NCBI GenBank assembly: GCA_023512375.1
Contig: JAILZS010000002.1
Coordinates: forward strand, 2,659-66,658
Length of the DNA stretch: 64,000 nucleotides
Origin: Bacillota bacterium
Lineage (GTDB): Bacteria > Bacillota > Sulfobacillia > JAJZYS01 > JAILZS01
Reading direction: 5' to 3'
Every line of letters begins with the position of its first letter. The first letter of the stretch is position 1. The notes under the pieces were generated by a model. It had not been told where the DNA came from. It saw only the letters and a list, made by a program, of their open reading frames with translations, and made no database searches. The translations under genes and the position numbers were made by a program. This document shows, piece after piece, positions 50,843 to 61,342 of the stretch.

Positions 50843-52579
50843 CTACGCCCCCGGCGTCACGCCCGTCGGTCCGTCCGCCCTCTCGGCGGCACCCGCCGCC
50901 GCCGCCTCCCCTGCCCGCGCACCGACGCCGCGTGCCGCGGCGGGGCGGCGCGAGGGCCGCGCACCGGCGGGCAACAGCGCCAGGTCCAGCACCTCCTGCA
51001 GCCGCCGCACCGCCACCACGCGGATGGGCAGGGTGCGGAAGCTCTCCTGCCAGTTCTCCTCCGGCACCAGCACCGTCTGCGCCCCGGCGGTGCGGGCCGC
51101 CTCCACCTTGGCCACCACCCCGCCTACGGGGCGGACGAGGCCGCGGATGGACACCTCGCCGGTCATCGCCACCCGGTTGTCCACCGGCCGGCCGGTGAGG
51201 GCGCTGTACACGGCGGTGGCGATGCTCACGCCCGCGCTCGGCCCGTCCACGGGCATGCCGCCCGGGAAGTTGATGTGCAGGTCGTAGCGCCGCGGGTCGA
51301 CACGCAGGTAGCGCCGGAGGACCGTCAGGACGTTGTCCACCGCCCCGAGCGCCATGGAGCGGCGGCGCACCACGTGGCCGGGGCGGCCCAGCTCCTCCTC
51401 CGCCACCAGGCCGGTGACCTCCAGCCGGCCGGGAAGGCGGGCGGCCGGCTGGGCGTACGCCTCCACCTCGAGCAGAAGCCCCATGTTCGGCCCGTACACG
51501 GCCAGGCCGTTGGCGACGCCCACTTGGGGCTCCGAGGCCACGCGGCGTTCGGGGCGGGGGGAGTAGCGGCACCGCTCCACCACCCATTCCACGTCCGCCG
51601 CCGAGGTGGCGTGGCGACCCTCGCTGATGGCCAAGCCCGCGGCGATCTGCACCAAGTTGACGGCCTCGCGCCCGTTGGTGGCAAAGCGGGCCACCACCTC
51701 GAGCGCGGCCTCGTCCAGGGGGACGCCCACCCGCTCCCCTGCCTGGCGGGCGATGCGCCGCACCTCTGCCGCGCTCAGGGGGCGGAAGAAGATCTCCACG
51801 CACCGGCTGCGGATGGCAGGCGGGATCTCCTCCGGCGAACGCGTGGTGGCCCCGATGAGGCGGAAGTCGGCCGGCAGGCCGTGCTCGAACACGTCCTGGA
51901 TGTGGGAGGGGATGTTCGGGTCTTCGGACGAGTAGTAGGCGCTTTCGAGGAAGACCTTGCGGTCCTCCAGCACCTTGAGGAGCTTGTTCATCTGCACGGG
52001 GTGAAGCTCGCCGATCTCGTCGATGAACAGGACGCCGCCGTGGGCCTTCGTCACCGCGCCCGCCTTGGGCTGGGGGATACCGGCCATGCCGAGAGGCCCC
52101 GCGCCCTGGTAGATGGGGTCGTGAACGCTACCGATCAGGGGGTCAGCGATCCCGCGCTCGTCGAAGCGGGCGGTGGTTGCGTCGATCTCCACGAACTTGG
52201 CGTCGGGGCGGAAGGGGGTGTTGGGCCCCCGCTTGGCCTCCTCCAGCACGAGGCGGGCGGCGGCGGTCTTGCCCACCCCCGGCGGCCCGTACACGAGCAC
52301 GTGCTGAGGGTTGGGACCGCACAGGGCGGCCCTCAGGGCCCGGATCCCCTCCTCCTGCCCGACCACCTCGGCGAAGCTTCTCGGGCGCGTGCGCTCCGAC
52401 AGGGGTTCGGTGAGGGAGATCTCGCGCAGGCGGCGCAGCTTCTCAAGCTCCTTGCGCGACTCCCGCTCCACGGCCGCCCGGCTCGCCTGCTGGCCGCGCA
52501 ACAGGTTCCAGAAGTACAGCCCGATCACGACGGCGAAGAAGAACTGGACAAACGTGAGCGCGCCGCCCGCCCAATCCAT
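50843..52579 (-). CDS. lonB: LonB-type ATP-dependent protease (sporulation protease LonB-like)
   Basis: N-terminal TM (ALTFVQFFFAVVIGLYFW), AAA+ (GPPGVGKTAAARL), Lon protease domain (DGPSAGV...K), about 578 aa. It lies between clpX and lon as in Bacillus. Confidence 0.8.
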   Translation of the reverse strand: MDWAGGALTFVQFFFAVVIGLYFWNLLRGQQASRAAVERESRKELEKLRRLREISLTEPLSERTRPRSFAEVVGQEEGIRALRAALCGPNPQHVLVYGPPGVGKTAAARLVLEEAKRGPNTPFRPDAKFVEIDATTARFDERGIADPLIGSVHDPIYQGAGPLGMAGIPQPKAGAVTKAHGGVLFIDEIGELHPVQMNKLLKVLEDRKVFLESAYYSSEDPNIPSHIQDVFEHGLPADFRLIGATTRSPEEIPPAIRSRCVEIFFRPLSAAEVRRIARQAGERVGVPLDEAALEVVARFATNGREAVNLVQIAAGLAISEGRHATSAADVEWVVERCRYSPRPERRVASEPQVGVANGLAVYGPNMGLLLEVEAYAQPAARLPGRLEVTGLVAEEELGRPGHVVRRRSMALGAVDNVLTVLRRYLRVDPRRYDLHINFPGGMPVDGPSAGVSIATAVYSALTGRPVDNRVAMTGEVSIRGLVRPVGGVVAKVEAARTAGAQTVLVPEENWQESFRTLPIRVVAVRRLQEVLDLALLPAGARPSRRPAAARGVGARAGEAAAAGAAERADGPTGVTPGA

Positions 52580-52667
52580 AGGCCGTCGCCTCCCCCGCAT
52601 ATGGCGAGGGTAGCTTCCCCATCGCGGCGTATCCTAATCGCCCCATGCCTTCCATCGGCCGATCCGC

Positions 52668-52955
52668 CTAGGACCCCACGTCCACGCGCCGGAGGCGATC
52701 CTCCCCAGCGGGCGTGAGGCGGTAGTGGCGCTGCGGGAGGCCGTTTCCGCCCCGCACCCACTCGGACTCCACCAGGCCCTCCGCCATGAGGCGCCCGAGG
52801 ACCTCGACGATCGTCACGTCGTACAGGAAGATGCCCCGCGTCTTGGCCGCCGTGGCCAGGTACTCCGTGGGGTGGGGACGGTCCCGCAGGAGGCGGAGGA
52901 GCGCCAGGTCGGCGCTCTGCCCGGTGGTGTGGATGCGGTCGGTCGCGGTCGCCAT
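52668..52955 (-). CDS. PadR-family transcriptional regulator
   Basis: 95 aa winged HTH (DLALLRLL...GYEL...[15 protein letters not shown]...[10 protein letters not shown]). RBS GGGGGAGAGGG. Confidence 0.6.
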   Translation of the reverse strand: MATATDRIHTTGQSADLALLRLLRDRPHPTEYLATAAKTRGIFLYDVTIVEVLGRLMAEGLVESEWVRGGNGLPQRHYRLTPAGEDRLRRVDVGS

Positions 52956-52986
52956 CGCCCTCTCCCCCTACCGCCCGACTCGGGCC

Positions 52987-54255
<1,269 letters not shown>

Positions 54256-54304
54256 CTCCCCACCCCTCTTTCCGGCTGGCGCCGTGATCGGTCTTGGGGC
54301 GTGG

Positions 54305-54907
54305 TCAACGGCCGCCGGAGAGGGTGCGCGGCGTCAGCACCTCGTCGATGAGGCCATACGTGCGGGCCTCCTCGGGAGCCATCCAGTAGTCGCGCTCCAC
54401 GTCCTGCGCCACCTTTTCGAACGGCTGCCCGCTCGCCTCGGCCAGGATGCGGGTGGTGAGCTCCTTCTCCCGCAAGAGCTCCTTCATGGTGATCTCCACA
54501 TCGGTGAGCTTGCCGCCCAGGTTGCCCACCCACGGCTGGTGGATCATGACGCGGGAGTTCGGCAGGGCCTTGCGCTTACCCTTGGTACCCCCCGCCAGGA
54601 GAATGGCCGCCATGGACGCCGCCATGCCCACGCACACGGTCTCCACCTCGGCCCGGATGAAGCGCATCGTGTCGAAGATGCCCAGGCCGGCGTGCACGCT
54701 CCCCCCGGGGGAGTTGATGTACAGGTGCACGTCCTTCTCCGGATCGTCGCTGTCGAGGAAGAGGAGCTGGGCGATGACGACGTTGGCGACCTGGTCGTCG
54801 ATCTCCGTCCCGAGGAAGATGATGCGGTCCTTGAGCAACCGGCTGTAGATGTCGTACGCGCGCTCGCCGCGGTTGGTCTGCTCGATGACGTACGGGACCA
54901 CCGTCAC
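54305..54907 (-). CDS. clpP: ATP-dependent Clp protease proteolytic subunit ClpP
   Basis: About 200 aa ([23 protein letters not shown]..., [19 protein letters not shown], catalytic Ser/His context). GTG start behind GGAGAGAAGGGAGG; the track ORF is extended upstream. Confidence 0.95.
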   Translation of the reverse strand: MTVVPYVIEQTNRGERAYDIYSRLLKDRIIFLGTEIDDQVANVVIAQLLFLDSDDPEKDVHLYINSPGGSVHAGLGIFDTMRFIRAEVETVCVGMAASMAAILLAGGTKGKRKALPNSRVMIHQPWVGNLGGKLTDVEITMKELLREKELTTRILAEASGQPFEKVAQDVERDYWMAPEEARTYGLIDEVLTPRTLSGGR

Positions 54908-54935
54908 CGCCTCCCTTCTCTCCGTTCTCCGAAGG

Positions 54936-56282
54936 TTACCCGGCTCCGTGGTCGCCGGACGCCGCCTCGGTCGCCTCCGCCTCGCCCTCGGGCGCCTCGC
55001 CCTCGCCCTCGTCCGCCGGGGCGTAGATGTCCGCCAAGAAGGCGAGGGCTTTCTCCCGCAGGAGCACGTCGCGGATGTAGGCGCGTTGGCCTCGGCTGAG
55101 GGTTCGCTGCCCATCCCTCCGCCCCTTCTCCGGTCGGCCCAGCAGGCGGTCCGCAGCGGCGGCGATCTCTCCCTCCAGGGGCTCGAGACCCTCCCGCTCG
55201 GCCAGCGCCTCCAGCACCATGTTGCGCTTGGCGCGGCGCTCGGCCGCCGGGCGCATCTCCTCCCGCAACGCCGCCTCGTCCTTGTTGGCGGCCGCCAGGT
55301 AGGCCTCCACGGGAACACCCTGCTGCCGCAGGCTGAGCGCGAACTCCTCCCACAGGATATCCGACTGGCGTTCCACCAATGGCTTGGGAACCGCGACCGC
55401 CACGCGGTCCACGAGCGCGTCGACGGCGGCGTCCAGGCGCGCCTCCCGCTCCCGCCGGCGCTCCTGCGCCTCCAGGTAGGCGCGCGCCTTCGTGCGCAGG
55501 TCGGCCACCGACTCCGCCCCCGCGTGCCGGGCCAAGGCGTCGTCGAGGGGCGGGAGTTCGCGCTCCACCACGCCCAGCACGCGGATGCGCGTCAGCGCCT
55601 CCTCGCCCGCGTGCGCGGGGGCGGTGGCGGGCACCGTCCACACCACCTCGCGCGTCTCGCCTACCGGCGATCCGTTCAGGGCGGCCGCCAGGCCGGCGAT
55701 GTCGCCGTCCCCCGCCTGCATGTCCAGGACGGTCCGGCGCGGTCCCTCGACCACCTCGCCCCCGATCTCGGTGGTCACCTCTGCGCGGACGAGCGACTGC
55801 TCCCCCACCCGGTCGGCCTCCCGCTCCCGGGCGTGCTGGCGCCGGTACTCCTCGAGGAAGGCGTCCACCGCCTGCTCGTCCACCTCGCGCCGCTCCACCT
55901 CCACCCGGAGGTCGCGCACGTCGCCCAGTTCGATCGGCGGCCGCACGGCCACCCTGGCCCTATAGGTGAGAGGCTGGCCCTCGACGATGGCCGGATCCCC
56001 CTCCAGGTCGGCGCTTCCCACCGGCCGAAGCCCCTCCTGCTCGACCGCCTCGTCGAACGTCTCCTCCACGAGCCGGCCGAGGGCTTCCTGCAGGATGGCG
56101 TCGCGTCCGAGGAAGGCTTCGACGATCGGGCGCGGCGCCTTGCCGCGGCGGAAGCCGGCGAAGGCATAGCGCTGACCCAGCCGGCGCACGGCCTCCTCGA
56201 CCGCGCGCTGGGCGCGTTCCGCCTCCACCTCCACCGTCACGAGCGCCTCGTCGGGTTGGGTCCGCTCCACCGTCACCTTCAC
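54936..56282 (-). CDS. tig: Trigger factor
   Basis: About 448 aa with a ribosome-binding N-domain ([20 protein letters not shown]...), a PPIase domain, and a C-domain. GTG start behind GGAGGG. Confidence 0.9.
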   Translation of the reverse strand: MKVTVERTQPDEALVTVEVEAERAQRAVEEAVRRLGQRYAFAGFRRGKAPRPIVEAFLGRDAILQEALGRLVEETFDEAVEQEGLRPVGSADLEGDPAIVEGQPLTYRARVAVRPPIELGDVRDLRVEVERREVDEQAVDAFLEEYRRQHAREREADRVGEQSLVRAEVTTEIGGEVVEGPRRTVLDMQAGDGDIAGLAAALNGSPVGETREVVWTVPATAPAHAGEEALTRIRVLGVVERELPPLDDALARHAGAESVADLRTKARAYLEAQERRREREARLDAAVDALVDRVAVAVPKPLVERQSDILWEEFALSLRQQGVPVEAYLAAANKDEAALREEMRPAAERRAKRNMVLEALAEREGLEPLEGEIAAAADRLLGRPEKGRRDGQRTLSRGQRAYIRDVLLREKALAFLADIYAPADEGEGEAPEGEAEATEAASGDHGAG

Positions 56283-56333
56283 CGTTCGACCCTCCGTTTG
56301 GCCGCAAGCCCTTGCCGTACCGCGTCGTCCATA

Positions 56334-56376
56334 AAAAACGCCCCGGATGTCGGGCGCGCGACCCGCCGGGGGCATG
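56334..56376 (-). terminator. Hairpin plus T6 downstream of tRNA-Leu (putative rho-independent terminator of the tRNA operon)
   Basis: The minus strand reads ...CCCCGGCGGGTCGCGCGCCCGACATCCGGGGCGTTTTTTATGG immediately 3' of tRNA-Leu. Confidence 0.4.
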
Positions 56377-56461
56377 TGGTGCGGGCGGAGAGACTCGAAC
56401 TCTCACGAGCGCTGCTCATGGGATCCTAAGTCCCACGCGTCTGCCGTTCCGCCACGCCCGC
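56377..56461 (-). tRNA. tRNA-Leu (anticodon TAG), type II with long variable arm, CCA encoded
   Basis: Folded by hand: acceptor GCGGGCG/CGCCCGC, anticodon stem TGGGA/TCCCA, loop CTTAGGA, long variable arm, T-arm GAGAG-TTCGAGT-CTCTC, ACCA end. Confidence 0.85.
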
Positions 56462-56470
56462 GCGAACCTC

Positions 56471-56547
56471 TTGGTGGGCCATGATGGATTCGAACCATCG
56501 ACGCCCCGCTTAAAAGGCGGGCGCTCTAACCGCTGAGCTAATGGCCC
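56471..56547 (-). tRNA. tRNA-Lys (anticodon TTT), CCA encoded
   Basis: GGGCCATTAGCTCAGCGGTTAGAGCGCCCGCCTTTTAAGCGGGGCGTCGATGGTTCGAATCCATCATGGCCCACCA; anticodon loop CTTTTAA. Confidence 0.9.
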
Positions 56548-56618
56548 AAGGGGCCCGGACGACCCCCGGCGGAGGCGGTGCGCCGAGGCGCGCCCCAAAG
56601 ATCCGTAGACACAAAAAC

Positions 56619-56696
56619 TGGGGTGAATGAGGGGACTCGAACCCCCGACCCCCAGGGCCACAACCTGGTGCTCTAACCAACTGAGCTACATCCACC
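56619..56696 (-). tRNA. tRNA-His (anticodon GTG) with encoded G-1 and CCA
   Basis: G-1 pairs with discriminator C73; acceptor GTGGATG/CATTCAC; anticodon loop TTGTGGC. Confidence 0.9.
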
Positions 56697-56706
56697 GTGC
56701 ACGGCG

Positions 56707-56736
56707 AGTATAGCCATGCCGGCGCGGGGGTGTCAA
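56707..56736 (-). promoter_or_regulatory. SigA-type promoter TTGACA-N18-TATACT driving the tRNA-His/Lys/Leu cluster
   Basis: The minus strand reads TTCTTGACACCCCCGCGCCGGCATGGCTATACTCGCCGTGCAC, ending at the tRNA-His G-1. Confidence 0.6.
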
Positions 56737-56906
56737 GAAACCCGCACCCGGCCGGGATGAGTGCGAATCGTCGGACGGGAGGGTATCTTCTGCCGATGCG
56801 CGAACTGCGCCATGCCGCCCGGACGCGGCGGCACCCGGCAGCGAGCCCTCGACGCCCCGTCCCTGCCGCGCTCGCGCCCCACGACCACGCAAAGGGGGCG
56901 TTGTCC

Positions 56907-58442
56907 ATGCTGTTCCCCCATCGGCCGCGCGCGCTCCTGGCCGCCGCGGCTCTCTCCGTCGCCGCCCTCGCGGCGCCGACTGTGCCCGTCCAGGCCCACG
57001 CCCGCCTGCGCGCCTCTCCTCAGGGCGTCCTCAACGTCGGCCTCCAGTCGGACATCGTGACCATGGACCCCTCGCAGTCCTCGGCCTATGTGGACCGCCA
57101 AGTGATGATCAACATCTACGACACGTTGCTCCAGTTCAGCCCGCGCATGCAGGTGGAGCCCGACCTGGTCACGCGCTGGACGATCGGCGACGGCGGCCGC
57201 CGGTATACGCTCTACTTGCGCCACGGCGTCACGTTCCAGGACGGGACGCCGTTCGACGCCCAAGCGGTGATCTTCAACCTCGACCGCGACCGTCAGCCCT
57301 CCTCGGCCCGTGCCTCGACCCTCAAGCCCATCGTGTCGCTCCAGGCCGTCGGGCGTTACGAAGTGGTGATCCAGCTCTCGGCCCCGTACGCTCCCCTCCT
57401 GTCCGTGCTGGCTGGGCGCAGCGGCATGATGTGCTCGCCCGCCGCCGTGCAGCGGGAAGGGGCGAGCTACGGCTCCGACCCGGTGGGCACGGGGCCGTTC
57501 GAATTCGTCAAGTGGGTGCGCAACGACTACATCGAACTGCGGGCCAACCCCCACTACTGGCGCCCCGGCGTGCCCAAGGTGGCCGAGGTCGTCTACCATC
57601 CCATCCCGGACCCCACGACCGAGCTCAACGCCCTCAAGACGGGCGAGCTGCAGATCGTGGACACCCTGGCCGCCAAGGACCTGGCGTCGGCCAAGGCGGA
57701 CCCCGGCTTGCGCGTCTATGAGTCCCCCGGCCTCGGCTGGGTCGGCATCTACATCAACACGAAGGCGGCGCCTTTCAACAACCTCGACGTGCGCCGCGCC
57801 CTGCAGTACGCGATCAACCGGGCCGTGATCGACCGTGTCATCTACTACAACACGGCGACGGTGGCCTATACGCAGTTCCCGCCCGCCCAATTCGCCTACG
57901 ACCCCTCCCTCACCATCCCCTACAGCCCAGCCACCGCCCGCCAGCTCCTGGCCCAGGCCGGGTACGCCCACGGTCTCTCGTTCACCATGCAGGGCGACAA
58001 CGACCCGGTCACGCAGCAGGAGCTGCAGCTCATCCAGATCATGCTCAAGCAAGTCGGCATCGACATGAACATCCAGCTCCTCGACTTCGGCACGCTGCTC
58101 GGCAACGAGCTGAAGGAGAACTACCAGGCCATGGCGCTGGGTTGGAGCGGTCGCGTCGACCCAGACGAGAACTCCTACCAGTTCGACGTCACCGGCGGCA
58201 GCCTCAACCAGACCGGGTTCGGCAACGCCACGATCGACGGCTACCTGCTCAAGGCGCGCACGTACACGAGCGAGATCGTGCGCCGTTCGTACTACTGGGC
58301 CGCGGCCCGCCTGCTCGACTACTACTCGCCGTACGTGTTCATCGCCTTCCCGCCGGACTTCAAGGCCACCTCGACCCGGGTGCAAGGGTTCGTCCACTAC
58401 CCGGACGGCCTCATGCGCCTGTGGGACGTGAGCCTCGGCTAG
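56907..58442 (+). CDS. ABC transporter substrate-binding protein, family 5 (peptide/nickel)
   Basis: Signal peptide MLFPHRPRALLAAAALSVAALAAPTVPVQA plus SBP_bac_5 motifs (MDPSQSSAYVDRQVMINIYDTLL, GTGPFEFVKWVRNDYIELRANPHYWRPGVPK). ATG behind AAAGGGGG; the track ORF starts earlier at a GTG inside the tRNA promoter region. Confidence 0.85.
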   Translation: MLFPHRPRALLAAAALSVAALAAPTVPVQAHARLRASPQGVLNVGLQSDIVTMDPSQSSAYVDRQVMINIYDTLLQFSPRMQVEPDLVTRWTIGDGGRRYTLYLRHGVTFQDGTPFDAQAVIFNLDRDRQPSSARASTLKPIVSLQAVGRYEVVIQLSAPYAPLLSVLAGRSGMMCSPAAVQREGASYGSDPVGTGPFEFVKWVRNDYIELRANPHYWRPGVPKVAEVVYHPIPDPTTELNALKTGELQIVDTLAAKDLASAKADPGLRVYESPGLGWVGIYINTKAAPFNNLDVRRALQYAINRAVIDRVIYYNTATVAYTQFPPAQFAYDPSLTIPYSPATARQLLAQAGYAHGLSFTMQGDNDPVTQQELQLIQIMLKQVGIDMNIQLLDFGTLLGNELKENYQAMALGWSGRVDPDENSYQFDVTGGSLNQTGFGNATIDGYLLKARTYTSEIVRRSYYWAAARLLDYYSPYVFIAFPPDFKATSTRVQGFVHYPDGLMRLWDVSLG

Positions 58443-58517
58443 CGGGGCGCGTCCACCCCGGCCGCGCCGGGCGCCCGGCGCGGCCGGCGCGTCGCCCCAC
58501 GCCCCGAACGGGAGGGA

Positions 58518-59468
58518 ATGCCGGTGTTGACCTACGTCGCGCGCCGCCTTCTCCTTTCGGTGCCGGTGGTGCTGTTCGTCCTCGTCGGCGTCTTCCTCCT
58601 CATCCACCTCACGCCCGGCAACCCTGCCGCCATCATGCTGGGTGAGGAGGCGAGCCCCGCGGCCGTGGCCGCGCTGACGCGCAAGCTCGGGCTCGACCTG
58701 CCCTTGCCCGTGCAGTTCGCGCGCTACCTCTGGGCCGTAGTGCACGGCAACCTGGGGAGCTCGCTCCAGTCCGGCCAGCCGGTCACCCTCCTCATCGGCC
58801 AGGCCCTGCCGGTCACCCTGGAGCTGGCGGTCCTCGCCATCGCGGTGGCCGTCGCCGTCTCCATCCCCCTCGCCGCCGTCGCCGTCATCCACCGGGGCGG
58901 CGTCGTCGACTACGTCCTCCAGGTCCTTTCCCTGGTGGGCGTGGCGCTGCCGAATTTCTGGTACGGGCTCATCCTCATCGACCTGTTCGCCCTCACCTGG
59001 CCCATCCTGCCCGTCAACGGCTTTCAGCCCCTCTCGGCCGGCCTGGGCACCAACCTGCGCTACATGGTCCTGCCCACGGTCGTGCTCGCCACATTTCTCG
59101 TGTCGGTGGGCGCCAACGTCCTGCGCGAGGACCTCCTCGAAGCGGCGGCGGAGGACTTCATGCGCACCGCCCGGGCCAAGGGCCTGTCGCGCTCGGCCGC
59201 GGTGTGGCGGCACGCCCTGCGCAACGCCCTCCTCCCCTACCTGACCGTGATGGGTCTTCAGTTCGGCGGCCTCTTGGGCGGGGTGGTCATCACCGAGACG
59301 GTGTTCGGCGTACCGGGCATCGGCCGGCTCATCGTGAACGCCATCTTCAACCGCGACTTCCCACTCCTCCAGGGAGGCGTCCTCTTCTTCGCCGTCGTCG
59401 TGGTGTTGGTCAACCTCGCCACCGACCTCCTCTACGCCGTCATGGATCCGCGCGTCACCTACCGCTGA
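58518..59468 (+). CDS. ABC transporter permease (DppB/OppB family)
   Basis: 316 aa (LTYVARRLLLSVPVVLFVLVGVFLLIHLTPGNPAA..., LPYLTVMGLQFGGLLGGVVITETVFGVPGIGRL). Confidence 0.85.
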   Translation: MPVLTYVARRLLLSVPVVLFVLVGVFLLIHLTPGNPAAIMLGEEASPAAVAALTRKLGLDLPLPVQFARYLWAVVHGNLGSSLQSGQPVTLLIGQALPVTLELAVLAIAVAVAVSIPLAAVAVIHRGGVVDYVLQVLSLVGVALPNFWYGLILIDLFALTWPILPVNGFQPLSAGLGTNLRYMVLPTVVLATFLVSVGANVLREDLLEAAAEDFMRTARAKGLSRSAAVWRHALRNALLPYLTVMGLQFGGLLGGVVITETVFGVPGIGRLIVNAIFNRDFPLLQGGVLFFAVVVVLVNLATDLLYAVMDPRVTYR

Positions 59469-59469
59469 C

Positions 59470-59830
59470 GGGAGGCGATGCCCTTGAACGAGCCCCTCGC
59501 CGCCCCCTCGGGCCCCGCACCGGAGCCCCTCCCGGCGGACCCGTCCCGGCCCCCCCCCGGCGGCCCCCGCGGCGCCCCCCCCCCCCCCCACCAATGGGTA
59601 GGCGGCGCCCAGGGCCGCCGCAACGCCCACCCCCCCCACCCCAGGGGCCGCCTCCCCAAAGCGTAACCCCCCACCAACCGCCACGCCGGCGGCGCCGCCG
59701 CCCGCGCCCCGCGCCGCCCCCGCGGGCCCCGCCCCGGCGCCCCCCCCGGCGCCCCCGCCCCGGCCGCCGGGCGGCGGCCGCCTCGGCTTCGCCCATGCCC
59801 CCCTCCTATGGGTAGGCGGCGCCCTGGTCC
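59470..59830. repeat. C-rich/Pro-codon low-complexity tract with 17-bp direct repeat ATGGGTAGGCGGCGCCC (59597 and 59808) and C10 homopolymer
   Basis: Seen directly: poly-C runs (cccccccccc at about 59581), a duplicated 17-mer, and a 360-bp stretch coding mostly Pro/Ala/Gly in all frames. Confidence 0.6.
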
Positions 59831-59934
59831 TCCTCATCGCCCTCACCGCCCTGGCGGCGCCCCTCCTCGCCCCCGCCGGGCCGACCGCCGCCGACCTGTC
59901 CGCCATCCTTTCGCCCCCCGGGCACGGCCACCTC

Positions 59935-60594
59935 ATGGGCACCGACGACCTGGGGCGGGATGTGTGGGCACGGGTCGTGTGGGGAGCCGGCATCACCCTC
60001 CCCGCCGGCCTCGAAGCCACTCTCCTGGCCCTCCTCCTGGGCGCGCCCCTCGGCCTCGTGGCGGGCTACTTCGGCGGGGTGGCGGGCGAGGTCATCCTGC
60101 GCGCCACCGACGTCCTCCTCGCCTTCCCCAGCCTGGTGCTGGCGCTCGCCATGGCCGCCTTCCTCGGCCCGGGGGAGGGCAACGCCATCCTCGCCATCGG
60201 CATCGTCTCCGCCCCCGCCTTCGTGCGCGTGGCGCGGGCCAGCGTCCTCCCCCTGCGCCAGCGCGAGTTCGTGGAGGCGGCTCGCAGCCTGGGAGCGGGG
60301 GACGGGCGCATCCTCCTCCGGCACGTGCTGCCCAACGCCTGGGGACCGGTGGGCGTCCTCGCCTTCCTCACCGTCGGCAGCGCCATCCTCGCCGAGACCA
60401 GCCTCAGCTTCCTCGGCCTCGGGACCCAGCCGCCCGCCCCCAGCTGGGGAGCCATGGTGCAAGAGGGAGCCGACTACCTCTCGCAGGCGCCGTGGATCTC
60501 CCTCTATCCCGGCCTCGCCATCCTCGTCACGGTGGTCTCCTTCAACCTCCTGGGCAACGGCCTGCGCCAGGCCCTCGCCCCCAGGCGCGGCTGA
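59935..60594 (+). CDS. ABC transporter permease (DppC/OppC family), intact C-terminal 219 aa; N-terminus (TM1) lies in the disrupted C-rich tract upstream (possible pseudogene or assembly error)
   Basis: MGTDDLGRDVWARVVWG...AETSLSFLGLGTQPPAPSWGAMV is the DppC signature. The in-frame upstream sequence ...LLWVGGALVLLIALTALAAPLLAPAGPTAADLS encodes TM1 but has no start codon before a TAG at 59599. An alternative frame from ATG 59478 (MPLNEPLAAP...HQWVGGA) ends at 59666. Confidence 0.6.
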   Translation: MGTDDLGRDVWARVVWGAGITLPAGLEATLLALLLGAPLGLVAGYFGGVAGEVILRATDVLLAFPSLVLALAMAAFLGPGEGNAILAIGIVSAPAFVRVARASVLPLRQREFVEAARSLGAGDGRILLRHVLPNAWGPVGVLAFLTVGSAILAETSLSFLGLGTQPPAPSWGAMVQEGADYLSQAPWISLYPGLAILVTVVSFNLLGNGLRQALAPRRG

Positions 60595-60613
60595 GGCCGC
60601 GGCGGCCCGCCGC

Positions 60614-60955
60614 CTATCGCAAGGCGCGGCGCACGGCACGCGCCCACAGGGCCGCCGCGCCCTCCTGCCCCAGGCTGTGGGCGACGCGCCGCAGCCAGCC
60701 GGGCAGGCGCAGCGTGAGGTAGAGGAGGGCGAGGGAGGAAACGAGGGCGGCCGGGGCGGAGCCGCTGGCCGGCAGGTCGAGCGCCGCCACCTGGAACACG
60801 ATGAGCAGCACCACCTGCACGGGCTGCAGGAGAAGCACGGCGGCGAACTCCGCCGCCCACGCCCTCGCCACCGCCTGGGCGGCGGGATGGACGACGCACA
60901 CGAGGGCGAGCGGCGCCAGGGCGGCCAGCACGAAAGCCTGAGAACAACGTTTCAT
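60614..60955 (-). CDS. Hypothetical small hydrophobic membrane protein (113 aa)
   Basis: MKRCSQAFVLAALAPLALVCVVHP... has three predicted TM segments. The start codon sits about 10 nt after a TGgCATAAT extended -10-like motif (possibly leaderless). Confidence 0.35.
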   Translation of the reverse strand: MKRCSQAFVLAALAPLALVCVVHPAAQAVARAWAAEFAAVLLLQPVQVVLLIVFQVAALDLPASGSAPAALVSSLALLYLTLRLPGWLRRVAHSLGQEGAAALWARAVRRALR

Positions 60956-61102
60956 CGGCCGGTTCCATTATGCCAGATGCGGCAACGCGGTGTCTGGTTG
61001 CAGCCAAGGTCCCGAGCATGGCCCGCCCCAGGGTGGGGTGGGACCGGGCCTGCCGAAGCTTTTCCTCAGGAGGGGATTGTGCTATAACCGTGCGGCTCTG
61101 CG

Positions 61103-61270
61103 ATGGAAGAACGGGAGCAGCACGAGCACACCGCGCCTTCTGAGCTGCAGCGGAACAGGGTCAGCGCAAGCCACTACTGCCCCATTTGTTCACGGCCGCT
61201 CGAGGCGCGCCACTGCAAGCTGGTGTGTTCCATCTGCGGTTACTACATGTCCTGTTCGGATTTTTACTGA
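61103..61270 (+). CDS. Small zinc-ribbon protein (55 aa; CPIC...HC...CSIC), not in ORF track
   Basis: ATG GAA GAA CGG ... TAC TGA translates to MEEREQHEHTAPSELQRNRVSASHYCPICSRPLEARHCKLVCSICGYYMSCSDFY. Two CxxC pairs 15 aa apart; preceded by TGTGCTATAAC (extended -10); 72 nt upstream of the STAS gene. Confidence 0.4.
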   Translation: MEEREQHEHTAPSELQRNRVSASHYCPICSRPLEARHCKLVCSICGYYMSCSDFY

Positions 61271-61342
61271 AACAGAATCGAGGTGCCGCTGGCCCGGGCG
61301 AGCCGGGAGCGCGGCCCGTTGTCCTGTGGAGAAGGAGGAAAC

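Noticed and set aside
56697-56906. GTG-initiated N-terminal extension (70 aa) of the substrate-binding protein in the ORF track.
   Set aside because: It runs through the tRNA-cluster promoter and lacks any signal peptide. The ATG at 56907 has an RBS and is followed directly by a typical signal peptide.
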